This document shows positions 39,030 through 51,757 of a DNA stretch of 64,000 nucleotides, one piece after another. Both the position numbers and the translations under genes were made by a program. The stretch comes from Psammoneis japonica. Its lineage: Eukaryota. The stretch is from assembly GCA_008632985.1 (NCBI GenBank), contig QPGO01000241.1, positions 1 through 64,000 on the forward strand. Reading direction: 5' to 3'. The notes under the pieces are model-generated. The model was not told the origin of the DNA, ran no database searches, and worked only from the letters and a program-made list of their open reading frames with translations. Position 1 is the stretch's first letter, and every line of letters starts with the position of its first letter.

Positions 39030-40640
39030 TTGTCTAAAAGAAAATTCTGTCCAATGGATGACACAACCTTTGTGAACAGATTGCTCAGGTTTGTCTCCGT
39101 CCCTTCCTTCATGATCCTAACTGTCCTCGCAGCAACAGCTTTGCAGTTGCGGTGACACGCAATGGAATGATGCTTCTTCTTGAGTGCAGACTCAGGAAAA
39201 CAGAGCAGTTCTTGCAGATGGCCTCATTGTCACAAAAGACATTCATTGGCCCTTTGATTGGTGCACCAAACATTCGGAGCTCATGTTGTAGACCCTCCAC
39301 AATCTCAACAGCACTCTTGAGCACAACAATCTCAGCCCCGAATGTGCCAGCCTCCACAGCATTCTGATGTTTTGAGTGCCACATGTGTCCGATTGACAAA
39401 CATCAGTGCACCTTCGTGGCTGCAATGATTGGCAACATTGCCAGCATGGTTGGCATCCACAAAACAATGCATTGATGCTGCATTGCCTTGAGCAGGCGGT
39501 GCATTGGTTGGGATGGCTTCCGTTGCATCTTGGCAGAAGTCATGCCAATCACACTTCATGAATCGTGATTCATCTGTCTTTGGATGTGCTGGGTCAAATG
39601 CAACTTGGTGCTTTGGAGCCTGTTTAAGATGCACAAAGACACGCAGCACTTGTTTTAGATTGCCAATGCAAGGCAGCACAAGGTGAGCAGACATCAATGA
39701 AACTTCCAAAGTGCACATCCACTCTGCCGAGTTCTGTGGCCCAAACTGGCACGCCAGTCAACTCTTGGTGGCAGTTCAGTCCTTCAGCATCTAACTTGCC
39801 GGTCGTGTCCAATTTGGGTTTGCACCCCCACTGCTCAGTGGGGTTGTTTCCTTGCTGGGCAAATGTTTCCCTTCCTTGCCAAGTCTGTCCTCGACATTCT
39901 GAACAGCGGCTTTGCAGTGCTTTTCTGCAGATGTTGCCCAACAGGTGGTCCCATCAGTCAGAGTCATCTTTGACAGTGAGGTGCCAAGGCAAGAATCTGG
40001 CTCAGCTACCTTGTAACCCTTGAGCTTGAACTTGGACCTGCTGATGCCATCCACTGTCTTCCTTCATGGGTTCGTGACTGATCAGTGGCACGTCATCAAC
40101 ACAAACCATGACACATTTGCAGTGCTTGAATCCATTGGGTTTTGCTGCAGGTCTCATCCATGCATCTGGACTGGCCTTGCTTGGTTTGCACCCTGGATCA
40201 CACAGTGTCTCCACTGGAAATGCTCTGAGCGCTGCTCCGGAACTCTTTCATCCGCAAAGAGCCCTGACCACAATCATGATGCAGCCTCTCCATCCTTGCC
40301 AAATTTGGAGCCTGCATGGGTCCAAACCTTCTCCCTGCAAGGGGCAACAAGGTGGGTGTTCTGGACATTGCATGCAAAAACTTGCAAGTCATTGAGTGTG
40401 GCAAGCATCAGTGCAATTCTCGCCAAATCTCGAGAGACGACTCAGAAGAGCAGGTGTGTGATGTGTGTGGGGGGTGCAGCAGTGTGGCCTCCTTCTGCCA
40501 TGCGAGCTTTACGGTGGAAGTTTTCTCCCATCTTGACATCAAAAATCACATGGCACTTCACTTCCTGGAACCCAGGTGCCATGTCATCAAGCTCCCCTCC
40601 ACACTTTTCAAAAGCAACCCATGCATTCTTCATCTCCATG
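39030..40640 (-). mobile_element. Decayed copia RT-RNase H fragment on the minus strand
   Basis: EMKNAWVAFE..CHVIFDVKMGENFHRKAR, VCVDDV, FVDANHAGN, WHSKHQNAVEAGTFGAE, VFCDNEA. Confidence 0.87.
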
Positions 40641-40818
40641 CTCCTTCTTCCTTTGAGTCGCGCGTCTGTCGCGCATCGGCATTTGACAGATGCTAACAAC
40701 ATCAACAATAGTCCCAACAATGACCCAGCACTAACTCCGCCGCTTTTTCAACCTTCTCGTTGTGTGTGTGTGTAACAACTCTCTTTCTCTCTATAACATA
40801 TACCTCCACAACACCACC

Positions 40819-42147
40819 ATGGTTCGAATCAATAATGATACAATGACTCTCCCCCGACTCCGTCATCATCGATCCAAGTTTTCGTTACCCCTCAAACTTT
40901 TGCTGTGTCTCTTGGCATTTTCCCTGCTGCTTGTCGCCTTTTCCATAAAATCGTTGCAGGCGGCGCAAGACAACATTTTACCACCGGGATTGCGACGAAT
41001 CTCGCAACAACAAATTGTGATTGGTTATGCCGTTTCCGTGACGGGTTGTGGATCAGATCCCATTACCGAGGGAGCGGCCGTGTTGAAGCATTCGATTCAT
41101 CTCGCGCATAGTCGTAGTCCTCGTCGTTATGGATATCAAATGTACGCCATTGTTCATCCCAATGCGACCTCGTGTGCGGCACCACTGGCGGATTTGGGAT
41201 ATACGCTACTGAGTCGAGAAACTCCCGTGGCACTACAAGATATTCGAGGCGACTTTTTGCGAGAAAAAATTCATACCAATGGTTGTTGTGGAGAAAAGGA
41301 GTTGATCAAATTGGAAGCCTATACACTTGTACAACACCCACTCATTGTTCATTTGGATCTCGATACATTAATTCTCAAACCACTCGATCCAATTTTTAAC
41401 GTCATGTTGATGAACAATGCCACCACGGTCCATCCAACAAGTGTCGACGCCATGTGGCCCGAAACACCACTGCCGAGTCGTATCGATGCGGTCTTTACAC
41501 GTGATTACAACATGGTGAATCCCTCAACACGATACAAACCCGTCCAAGGTGGGTTTCTCGTGCTTCGTCCATCGTGGGAGACCTATCACGAATTTGTCGA
41601 CATTGTCAAGGAGGGTGACTTTCGACAAGGCAAGGGATGGGGTGGAGAAGTTGGACCGTTTTATGGAAGCATGACGTTTCAGGGACTCATTCCATATTAT
41701 TATGACTATCTGCATCCCGGCAATACGCTGGAATTGAATCGCTGTGTGTACAATCAAATGTGCGACAATCCCCGTGACCAACGAACCGTCAATGATGTGG
41801 TGCACGGCAATTGCCGTGACGGACGCCAAGACTGTGAAGATTGTCGAAGCCGACCCGTATCGGATGTGGCCACAACGCACTTTACGCTATGCCAAAAACC
41901 GTGGGGCTGTCTACCACAAGATCAAGACATGATTCAACACCGACTGTGTCGCAAACTCCATCACGAGTGGTTTCGGATCCGATCGCAATTGGAACAGTCG
42001 TGGGGAAGGAGTGGATATGGGACGGGGAAGTTTCAGAAGGATCACTTTTATGGATACTGCACCAAGGCGGGGCAGCCGGGTTATATCCCCATTCAAGTGC
42101 CTGCTGGACTGGAAAACAATCTGCGCAAACGAGAACTTTTGCACTAG
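40819..42147 (+). CDS. Type II membrane glycosyltransferase, GT8/glycogenin-like
   Basis: N-terminal TM helix (LKLLLCLLAFSLLLVAF). ELIKLEAYTL..IVHLDLDTLILKPLD (DxD motif), QGGFLVLRPS, QGLIPYYY, HFTLCQKPW. Confidence 0.82.
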   Translation: MVRINNDTMTLPRLRHHRSKFSLPLKLLLCLLAFSLLLVAFSIKSLQAAQDNILPPGLRRISQQQIVIGYAVSVTGCGSDPITEGAAVLKHSIHLAHSRSPRRYGYQMYAIVHPNATSCAAPLADLGYTLLSRETPVALQDIRGDFLREKIHTNGCCGEKELIKLEAYTLVQHPLIVHLDLDTLILKPLDPIFNVMLMNNATTVHPTSVDAMWPETPLPSRIDAVFTRDYNMVNPSTRYKPVQGGFLVLRPSWETYHEFVDIVKEGDFRQGKGWGGEVGPFYGSMTFQGLIPYYYDYLHPGNTLELNRCVYNQMCDNPRDQRTVNDVVHGNCRDGRQDCEDCRSRPVSDVATTHFTLCQKPWGCLPQDQDMIQHRLCRKLHHEWFRIRSQLEQSWGRSGYGTGKFQKDHFYGYCTKAGQPGYIPIQVPAGLENNLRKRELLH

Positions 42148-42667
42148 TATGTTGAGGGACGGTGTCACGGGTATGGTGGAATCAGCAGGACAAAGAAAAA
42201 ATACAGTGCTCAAAAAATCGTCACTGTACAAAAGAGCCATTGAAAAAGCACAAATCAAAACTAATATATTGCAACCTGCGTTTAAATGTCAACTCACGCA
42301 GATTCAAAAGTACAAGCCACTGCCATAGGGCTCTAGCTAGCTACTCTCTAGTAGAGGGAGGGAGTATTTGTAGTGCGGTAGCCGTTTTGGTGTGGCCGCG
42401 CGGTCGATTGGCCAAACATTCACTGCAATGGGGTTGTCGGACCCACGCCACACACCCCAAGGCAAATGGATTTCCGACTTAGTCACCAAGTCTGTAAAAT
42501 CAATCTAATAACATTACACGACTCCTCCCAGCCGCTGCCTCTGAACGAAATGATCAGTCGCCTGCATGTTCAGTCTCAAGACTTTCATAACCTCATTGTG
42601 TCCTTTTTGAAGTCGCTCGGGCGTTGGAAGCGCCTGTCCCATTATGTTCTAGCGTAGAGCCATCATT

Positions 42668-43443
42668 TCAACGGTGAGTCTGAAGTACATTTAGCAAGTC
42701 AAACTCTCCACCCATGAATTTAAGCCAGTTGTGTGCAACTTCGCTATTCAATGCTGCTTCATCAAGTCCATCGGTAGCCTTGAACGGTCCAATGTCGGTA
42801 TAAACTACTTCCACATGTGTCACAGTTTGTGGCCACCACTCATCGTCCTCCTCCTCGCACTCGTCATCGTCGTCATCATTCTCCTCTTTTTTCTTTGTTT
42901 CAAGCTTCAAAGTGTAGGTTGCACGATGATGCTTGCTATCGCAACCCGACACGACTCGGATTGTGTCGCCATCAAAAAGATCAACGTGGGAACAAATGTT
43001 GTAAGGTTCCTCGTTCGAAAGTTCCTTTGCAAACTTACGAGCCTCCGTAATGGCGCGAGAACGATTGTGATGGAACAAGATCTTTCGAATCTTGGAGTCT
43101 TCCACGATGCTAAATACCTTCCATCTTGTGATGGGATCTCCACGGGCTCTTCGAGCGGATACTCGTGCGCGTCAAAGGTAAAGCCGTTTTCTTCTGTATG
43201 AATAAAGTACTTTCCGTCCTCCCGTTCTTTCGCGTTTTTAAATGGATTGGAATAGCCTCCATAATATCGGCTTGCATACGCTTGTGCCGAAACTTTGGCA
43301 AAGGCCCTTGCGTCTTCCAAGGAGCAAAAAACTCTGTTGGCATCGACCACCTCACCAGCCATGTCTCCATGACTTCCACTGTAGCGCGCCAAATATACTT
43401 TGGATACTACAGCCGTTGTATTGCCAGTGTCAGACGACGACAT
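42668..43443 (-). CDS. Hypothetical protein split by an apparent 1-bp frameshift near 43110
   Basis: Two overlapping Tyr-containing ORFs (42907-43473 and 42668-43105) join as ...DGRYLA|IVEDSK... if one base is added. No recognisable family. Confidence 0.5.
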
Positions 43444-44111
43444 GTTATTGTTGCACTGCTTGTGGCTTGACAAAAAGTCGAGCTACAAAGTGTCCAAAAA
43501 TTGCTTCAAGAAGTGAGAAGGCGCTCTTCATGGGGACACCATTTCTCAAGAAAAAACTTTATGGCTCTCGCCAAGACTTACATTTTTCGATCCCTTACAA
43601 GGTGTATAACAACACCTGACACTGCCAACCCCTCTTTCTACTTGCTGTTCATACACACCGGTACATGAGAGAAAGATCTCGATCTTTTGTCCGTCCGTCC
43701 TTACAGTACGGTAGGTACCTACCGTATCGTATCGTACTGTACCGCCTCCAGCCTTCCTGGCAACGAACAGGCCGCCACCCACCATCTTTCGCACGATTCA
43801 AAGATGGCGCCGTTTTGTCCGTCCTACTTGATCCTACGTACCTTGAGATTGACAAATTTTCCATCGATTCAAACAAAATCTCCGACCCCACGACTCAAGC
43901 CTGATCATTCATGTATATTTGTTTACTAAGATGATAATAAACATAACTGATTCTTAAACCATGTAAATGACATTCTCACGACCGCATAGTTGCGCGCCAA
44001 AATCAAGCGTAAATAAACTTCAGTTGCACCAGAGTTGCCCAGAAAATGCGTTCTTTTCGCTTTTCGCAGCTTTCATAAGAATACCGCAAAGCCAAAAAAG
44101 CAAGATCGACC

Positions 44112-46256
44112 ATGAGTTCGGATAAAACCAGCGGCGTTTCCAAGAAGCACCATACCAACGTATCGCCTTTGTCATCGGGCCATGCCACCGGTGACACTAC
44201 AGAGGAGTTGGCAGAGACGCCGTCGCCCAAGCCCGAGTGGAAGGCTGTACAGGACGACGGTACGGGTAGGCTGTACTATTTTCACCGGTTGACAAGAAAG
44301 ACTACGTGGACAAAGCCTGAACAGTTTGACGAGCAACAAGAGGCCTACAAGAGCTGGAAGAAAACGAACACCAGCGATGATCAGGACGATGATCAACATA
44401 CCGCCGCCGCCGCAACAGCCACTGCCTCTGGAGAGACTCCTGCTGCCTTTGTTGAAGCGGAGGGTCCAACGCAGGAGCCAGAAGCAGTAGATCCCGCAAT
44501 AGAGTCCGTTGCAGAGATGATGAAAGAAGAGGAAACCCCACCCGTCCCTGTAAAGTTGAATGCAGAAAATACCGACTCAAGCCATACAGGACCGACCATG
44601 AGTTCGGATACTAGCACCAACGGCGTATATAAGAAGCACCGCGGCAAGCTCCTATTGGTGTCAGGATTAGCGATTGTGTGCGTCGCGCTTGCGGTGGTGA
44701 TTCCTTTGGTGGTACTCAAAGGTGGCGGCGATGACGACAAGAAGAGCTCGTCTGCAGGCTCCTTTAACTCACAGGCTATTTCGCCAACTCCTACAACGCG
44801 ACCCACCTCTTTGCCAACGACTGCCCCTCTGGCTTTCCTTCCGCATCTCCTTCTGGCTTTCCTTCAGAGTCTCCCACATATTTTCCTACTACTCTCCCTA
44901 CTGCACTTTCAGAGTCACCGACAGGATCTCCCTCGGCATCTCCGACTGGCTTTTTTGTGGAACCCAATCCCGTCCCGGCAAATCCTCGTCGCGGTTATTT
45001 CAACTACGATATGAACGACGAAAGGTACGGACCCAATGCATGGGAGAAGGTCGACACGAGCAATCACTTTTCCATGCGCGAGTTTTCTCCCAATGGATGG
45101 GGTACTTGGAAAAACTCGTTGCAAGTCGATCCTACCAAGAATCGATGCCACGACTATAGACACTGGCGAAGCCCGAAAAACCTTGTACAGGAAGATGGTG
45201 GAGGGGGTAGAATTGATGGCATATGTGACGCTCATCACGAGATTCGAACCAAGGCAAGTACTCCTTATAAGGATTGCTTAGAACGAGTGCAGTCTATAGT
45301 TTACTGTACTGTGCGCACTTATTTTCTTACAAAAATGCAAAACTCTTTGTTTGCTCTCCCGTGTACAGTGCGGCTCTTTTTCTATTGAAAGTGACAATTA
45401 CAAAAAGTACATTTTACCCCACAAGCTGACCGTCGTTATGAACCGCCGCCAATGCCGCGATTTGTCAAGAGAAGAATGCAGAAAGGACCGCCCTCCTGTC
45501 GCCGACTATCCCAAATACAGCAGTGGTGGTGCTGGATTGTCCGACTTGATGAACTGGGATATCAAAGTTCCGGGCGAGCACAAGATTTACAACGAGACGT
45601 TCGATGCAGAGATTCAAATGATGCATGCTCACTTGGACAATGAAAAATTGAATTCACTTGGAATTCCTATTCGGGCCACGGAAGATGGTCACAATGCAGA
45701 TTTCCAACGAATTCTGGATCAGTTTCATGTTGTGTACGACCGAGACACGCAGGCATGCTTGAACCAAAATCGTAACCTTCGGCAACAAGATACATTCAAG
45801 TACTACGAGGACTTGATGGAACAAGGCAAACGCGAGGGTTGGTACAATGACCACACAGCCAGAATCATGACCGATCCGGAGTTTATGCGTCAGTTGCAAG
45901 TACCATCTGACTTTCGGTTCAATCCGTACTCGAAAAATTTCATGGTGGATATGTTCTTTTTTCGGTATCGTGGCAGCATGACGGAACCACCGTGTATGTT
46001 TCTTTCCTGGTGGGTCATGGACACACCCATGTCGATTAGTTTTGACCAATTGCGTCAAATCAAGTTTTTGCTTTTTACCCACGTAGACCCCGAGACTTGT
46101 GAGAAAACCAGCGTGCACAATGCGGACCAGAGTGTCACGCGGCCTGTCCAGCCGATTGGTGACCACGAGGAAACGGGATGGGTTCAACATTGCATTGCGG
46201 GCACCTTTGCATCCGATCTCGATCGATTTGGCGAGCCTGGGAGGAAATGCGATTGA
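44112..46256 (+). CDS. WW-domain + TM + alpha-carbonic-anhydrase-like protein, copy A (intron 45254-45368; frameshift near 44829)
   Basis: WW domain EWKAVQDDGTGRLYYFHRLTRKTTWTKP, TM helix and a P/T/S stalk. Alpha-CA motifs FNYD..YGPNAW, RSPKNL, GEH, RYRGSMTEPPC, WWVM, RPVQP. Confidence 0.8.
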
Positions 46257-48722
46257 AACGTGGCCAATATATGTGTGATTGTTCCCACCAACGTATTTGT
46301 TAAGTTGATGGGAGCTGTAGATCAAACTGATTGTCGGCTGGTGCAGCGAGCAAGAGTTAGACTGTTCCCGTGAAAGACATTAAAATGCTGTAAATTATTT
46401 AGGACCATTCAAATAACGATCATCATGCACAACATGTTTTAAAAAGTGCGACTGAGACAAGCAGAAACGTCTAGAGCTAACAGTCGCCCTCCTTCCGCTC
46501 CATCAACATTTCTTTTTCGACTGCACCGTACTACCTTCCATCAGCATTAGCACTCATGCTCATAATGACAGCTACAAGCCGTTTTTTCCTAAGGGGTGGT
46601 GCTAGAGAGAGGGTCTCTCCACTGCTCTGGCTACAAATTTTTAATGTTTGTTTTTGCATTTGTTCCACCATTGAACAAACAATAAACATCTTTTGAACAA
46701 AGAATGCATAAAAATAAACGAAGAAACGAGTGTACATAATGCATTCACGACATCTGCCACCAGTCACACTCCTGATGACGTCTGATCTGCGCCGCCACTC
46801 TTCACAGCAGCTCCTGACAAGGCTGCAAAACAAACAAACAAACAATTTTAAACACCCAGCTCGTGTGGTTCGACGAGGTGAAATGACTCCTCACTTCCAA
46901 CCACTGTGTCATTCCTCACTGGCCTCGTGCAAACCAAAGAGGGGAGATGACCCATCACTGGTTGCAGTGAATCAACTGACTTGCTCCCCCCACACTGGCT
47001 GCCATCAGTTGAATGCAATGAGCTGGTGCAAGAGTGCTGCTGCTGCCTCTCATTCTTCCCAAGAGTCCAGCAGCAAGCCAAACAGAGCTGTCGTTGTTCA
47101 ATGGAGGACACCATCTGCAACTGCTTCAGCTGTCTTGCAGGATTGTCATGGCACAACAATGTGTTGAATCAGCCAGTGGATCTTGGCACCAGAATCAAGA
47201 AGGCAGTGTGCCCACCAAGAGCAAATGTTGGAAACCAAGGCAGTGTGCCACCAAATGCTGATGTCACTGGAGCGGGTGTCTGAAATGAGGGGGTGTTTCC
47301 ATTGCAAGGAAATGCAGCAAATGCTGGTGCAGCTGGTGCATCCTGTCAATGTGGGAAATGCACCTGGTGCAAGAGCACATGCGCAGCCACCAGCACAACA
47401 GAAACAACCAGCAGTGTTGCCACCCACACAAGGGCAGCAGCTTTCTGCTGCAGAACCCAGTGCAAAAAAGCCCCAGCAGGTGTGCTCGCACTGCCACCAG
47501 CAGCTTGCAATTGCCAAGACTGTTGCGCCATTGCAGCAAAGAAACTGCATCATGGGAGCTGCACACTGGCATCATGCAAGATTTTGCCACTCCCTGCAAA
47601 GGAAGTGTTGCAGCACAACCCAGTGACATTGAGACATTGCGCAGGAGCCATGTCAAGTCAATGCCTGCCTGTGGCAATTGTGCAACACTGTTGGACCCAG
47701 AACATGCAGGATGCAGTGGTGACTCAGGTGCTGGTGCACACCAAACCAAATTCCACCCCATGACCATGGTGGGTGCAGCTCAGCTGTGGGACAACAGCGT
47801 GTGCAATGTCAGTGAAGACATCATGCCACAAGCCATGTGATGAAACACAAGTGATCTGGTGATGTCTGCCAGATTTTGTGTCTTGACACAAAGAACAAGA
47901 AGGAATCTCAACAACAAAAATGTGGGCCTGACACGCAGCTGTGCTTTGAAGCCCCTTTGTGGCAACTTTTGTTTCAACCAGCACCAATGACTGCACCACT
48001 CAGTTCAGTTGATGACCTTGATTGAATGTGATCCATGGCACAAAAGACAAAATGAATTGCAGTGGCTCATGTGCAGAGTGCGACATGTCATTTGTCATGC
48101 ATTGCAAAAAATTGTTGTGCTTCTTGTGTTGTGTTGTCACAAAAAAATGCAAGCCGCAAGACATCTGAGTGAAGGCAAGGAGTGCCATGACAGAACCATG
48201 TGAGACCAAAATTAATGTGATGGATTTAATGGCAATGTTCATGTTCCCCTTTTCCTGTGACAAGGGAGGCACCATGGCCTGCGTTTGCAAAAATCTGCTG
48301 CATGGCTTTGCTGTCAATGCGGGAGGCGCCAACAACCACAAGTGCTTCGTGATGCTGAGAGAACATCCTCATGATCACATGAGTCACCGTGTTCTACAAA
48401 GGTTTTTCATTGTCGCCACACGGTGATTGCAGTTGAGTGTCATGGTGGCATGGGATGAGAAATGCAGAATTCCATTCGCCCTTTTCAAGTTTCGAGCTCT
48501 GACAAAGATCGAGATTGTCGGCCCAGGTGGACAGCTAAAAAAATCGATGCGGGTGCGCCAACCGATCCTGCGAAACTGGCAAAACTGAAAACCCTCTCCT
48601 CTCCAAGGCTCCTCTCTCCGTAGTGCTGTACACTGTGCCGCAGAGACACCGACAACCGACACGCGATCACCATGTCTTACAGCACTGAACATCTGCGCAC
48701 ATTCGACAACTAAATCTCAACC

Positions 48723-50033
48723 ATGGAAGTGAACGGTGGTGATGATTCTAATCAGGTGAAATGTGACACGGGAGTGTTCAGTGAATTTGTTGATGCAAGC
48801 AGGCGGGAGAACAGAAAGCGCGTGAGAGAGGAGGAGACGGCAGCGGCCAGGCCTGTTGATCAGCCAATTGGCAGCAGTGACGATTTCCGTGTGACCCTTG
48901 CCCCGACTCCCGGGCAGAAGGCATTTGTTGAGGAGTGCAAGGCGCTCAAAATATCTCCACCCAGGACAGAGCATGACGATCAGATCATGGAAATGGATTT
49001 GGTTTGGGAGCGAATCGAGCGCGATGGTTTCTCTTCGGAACTCGAAAACCCAGATAAAAAGAAACTCCTCTGCTTCCTTCATGGGCGGGAACATTTTGTA
49101 CAAGACCCCAAGAGACGTGTCAAGGACATCAAACAGATTCTTGGTTCAGAAGGAGAGCCTTTCAAGCGTCTCATGAGAATTGTTGACAAAGATGGTGACA
49201 AACTGAACATCGGCAAGGACGTGGAACAGTGGGAGAACTTGGGGAAAGACTGCGGTTCGAAAAATGGAATTAATGTCTTTAAAAAGTTCAAAATCAAGCT
49301 TGCTCTTTGGATCCAGCACAGTGGCAACTGCTTCTTACATGCTCCGGCCATTGCTCAGTGCCACTTGGTGCAGATTGGTTCGAAAGGGTGGAAAGGAATG
49401 ATGAATCTCGGCAAGCACATTGGGTGCAATTTCGATTCAGAAGAGCTTTCAAAATGTCTCATCACTGACAAGGGAGGAGATTCTTTTGAGTTGCTTAAAC
49501 GAATCACCGTGTCGCCCAAACTTTCTGTTCATTCCCCAGAAGCTGTTTATGATGAATGTGTTGTGGCACCCTTTCCAAGTGAGAAGAACCTCACAAGCCT
49601 TCCTGACATTTGGTCTCTCATGGAGGAATGGGGGCCAGGTTTGGTGTCAAGGTTCAAAGTCGACAAGGCTTTCATGGATGGGGGATCTCCAGAGCAAGAA
49701 ACGGACATTCCTTTCTTCGATGGAAAAGTCAAAAACGACTCTCCGATCTCTTGCGACGTCTCTAATCGGTGCCACCATGCCATGGTTGTGGTGGGGATCC
49801 GGCATGACGGCAAAAAATGGCGATTTCTTCTCCAAAACTGGTGGAAAGTGAATCCGTTTGTGGAAGTTTCTGCTGAGCACTTGGCTGGCAGCGGAGCAGA
49901 AATCGCCTTTTGTGCTGAGTTACAGACTGAGATCCAAGAAAGTGTCCCGATTACCATGGAAAGATCTGCGGAGACTTCGATCAATGGAAATGACGTTCAC
50001 ACGGAAGTGTGCAAGAGAGACAATTGTCAATGA
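48723..50033 (+). pseudogene. Papain-like (C1-type) cysteine peptidase, open frame but TpA-eroded
   Basis: Catalytic-like WIQHSGNCFLHA, HHAMVVVG and FLLQNWW. Only one Tyr in 436 aa and CpG largely retained. May still be translated. Confidence 0.65.
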
Positions 50034-50439
50034 CAAGAGAACTGTTCTTCCTGTTTGGAGTGAAAAAGAATGCCGTTAGTCGGTGTTGCGGAGGGGTGGT
50101 CCAAGCGTAAAATATAGAGAAGTTGCGTTTGAAAGTCAGTTTGTGTAATTCTCCAAAAATGTTGCATGTTAGCCTGGGAAGATGAGACTTCAAGCCCTCT
50201 GTTCTAAGCTACATTCTCTGACCCTATCCCCAGACAACTTTTGGGTCTTTTGTGATGCCTGCCAAACATCTGTTGAGATCCACCAACTCTCTCTCTCTCT
50301 CTGAGACATGCTTTTGAAATGATGCTTTTGTCATCTGGTGTTGCCCTTTCATGTGCTGTCTCACAGTTTCATTTTTTTAGCTCACAAGTGACATCCCGGT
50401 GTGGGTGTCCCTCATCTTCATGTGAATGAAGGCTTTTGA

Positions 50440-51072
50440 AACCAGTTGGTCATCGGGCTGTGCCACTGGTGACAAAGAGGAGTTGGCACCAGCACAGAGC
50501 AGACAATGGAAGAGACATTGCCCAAGCCCAAGTGGAAGGCTGCACAAAGGCCGATGGCATGGGCAGGCTGCAATGCATTCACCGGCTGACAAAGAAGACC
50601 ACATGGACAAAACCTGAAAATTTTGATGAGCAATGAAAGGCCCACACAAGAAATGGAAGAAAACAACAAGCAATGACCAGCATGATGATCAACGCACCAC
50701 CACAACAGCCACTGCCACAGGAGAGCTCCCATTGATGAAGCAGAGGGTCCAAAGCAAGAGTCAAAAATTGCAGAGCCCACAACACAGTCTGTTTCAGAAA
50801 AGAGGAAAGAAGAAGAAACCCCAGCTGCACCAGCAAAGTTGGGTGCAAAAGTGCTGCCACAAGCCAGACAAGATTGACCAAGAGTTCCGACAGGAACACC
50901 AGTGGCACACACAAGAAACACCACAGCAAGGTCACAACAGTGCCAGGATTGATGATTGTGTGCACCACACTTGTGGTGGTGATTCCTTTGTTGGTGCTCA
51001 AAGGCAGCATTGATGAGGACAAGAAGAGCTCATCTGCAGGCTCCTTTGGCTCTGAGGCTGTTTTGCCAACTG
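50440..51072 (+). pseudogene. Decayed 5' fragment of the WW-TM-CA gene (third copy)
   Basis: Aligns with 44170-44790 and 57420-58060. GRLYYFH->GRLQCIH, then KKTTWTKPE, VVVIPLLVLKG..KKSSSAGSF. Confidence 0.88.
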
Positions 51073-51567
51073 CATCGCTGAGCTTTTCTCAGCACACAAT
51101 GGTCAATGGGCTTGTTTTTGCTCTTCTGTTGGTTGTGATTTTTCCAAATGCACTTGTTCACAAACTTGGTGGATTGACTTTTTCCCACACATGACAAGCT
51201 TTGTGCATCCCAAGATTTGCACCAGAGTCTTTGGTGATGGACCAAGAGGCACTTCATTGAGTGGAAGATTGCACCTCCAATCCTCCATGCAGCTCTTCTC
51301 AATTCCACAACTTCTCAGCACTTCTTGCACATCTTTTCTTTGCTGCCACAGCAAAGCTGAGCCCAGAAACATGCCCCACAAGATTGGGGCAACTGGCGTG
51401 CTTTCTTTGACATTGCTTTTCCATGGACAACACATTATAGATTGTGAGGCTTTTCCTTTGCATCCTTGGCTTAAGTTTTTTATCAGAGTGCTCCAATCTA
51501 GTTTGATTTTTGTGACTCCTTCTTCCCGACCAACTCATGTCTGAAAAACACCAGAGTGTGACATCAT

Positions 51568-51607
51568 CAACAACAACAACGACAACAACAACAACAACAA
51601 CAACAAC
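51568..51607. repeat. (CAA)n microsatellite
   Basis: Directly visible in the sequence. Confidence 0.9.
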
Positions 51608-51757
51608 GTCTTCTTTTCAGAAAAGAAGCATGCCTGAGCTCCACACCTTTGCTTTCAGCTCTGCTGTGCTGTTTTGTGTGGATGAGCCAAAAGGAATGAC
51701 AAGCAAAGCTGCACAGGAAAATGAAAATGACACAATTTGCTGTGCATGTGTGTCGCG

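Noticed and set aside
4900..40700. Hundreds of short Cys/His-rich, Tyr-free ORFs on both strands, resembling metal-binding proteins
   Set aside because: They are a by-product of TpA loss, which removes TAA/TAG stops and Tyr codons and enriches TGY/CAY. They are not independent genes.
45654..46325. 223-aa antisense ORF (and its twin at 58973-59650)
   Set aside because: It is the shadow frame of the CA-like exon, conserved only because that gene is duplicated.
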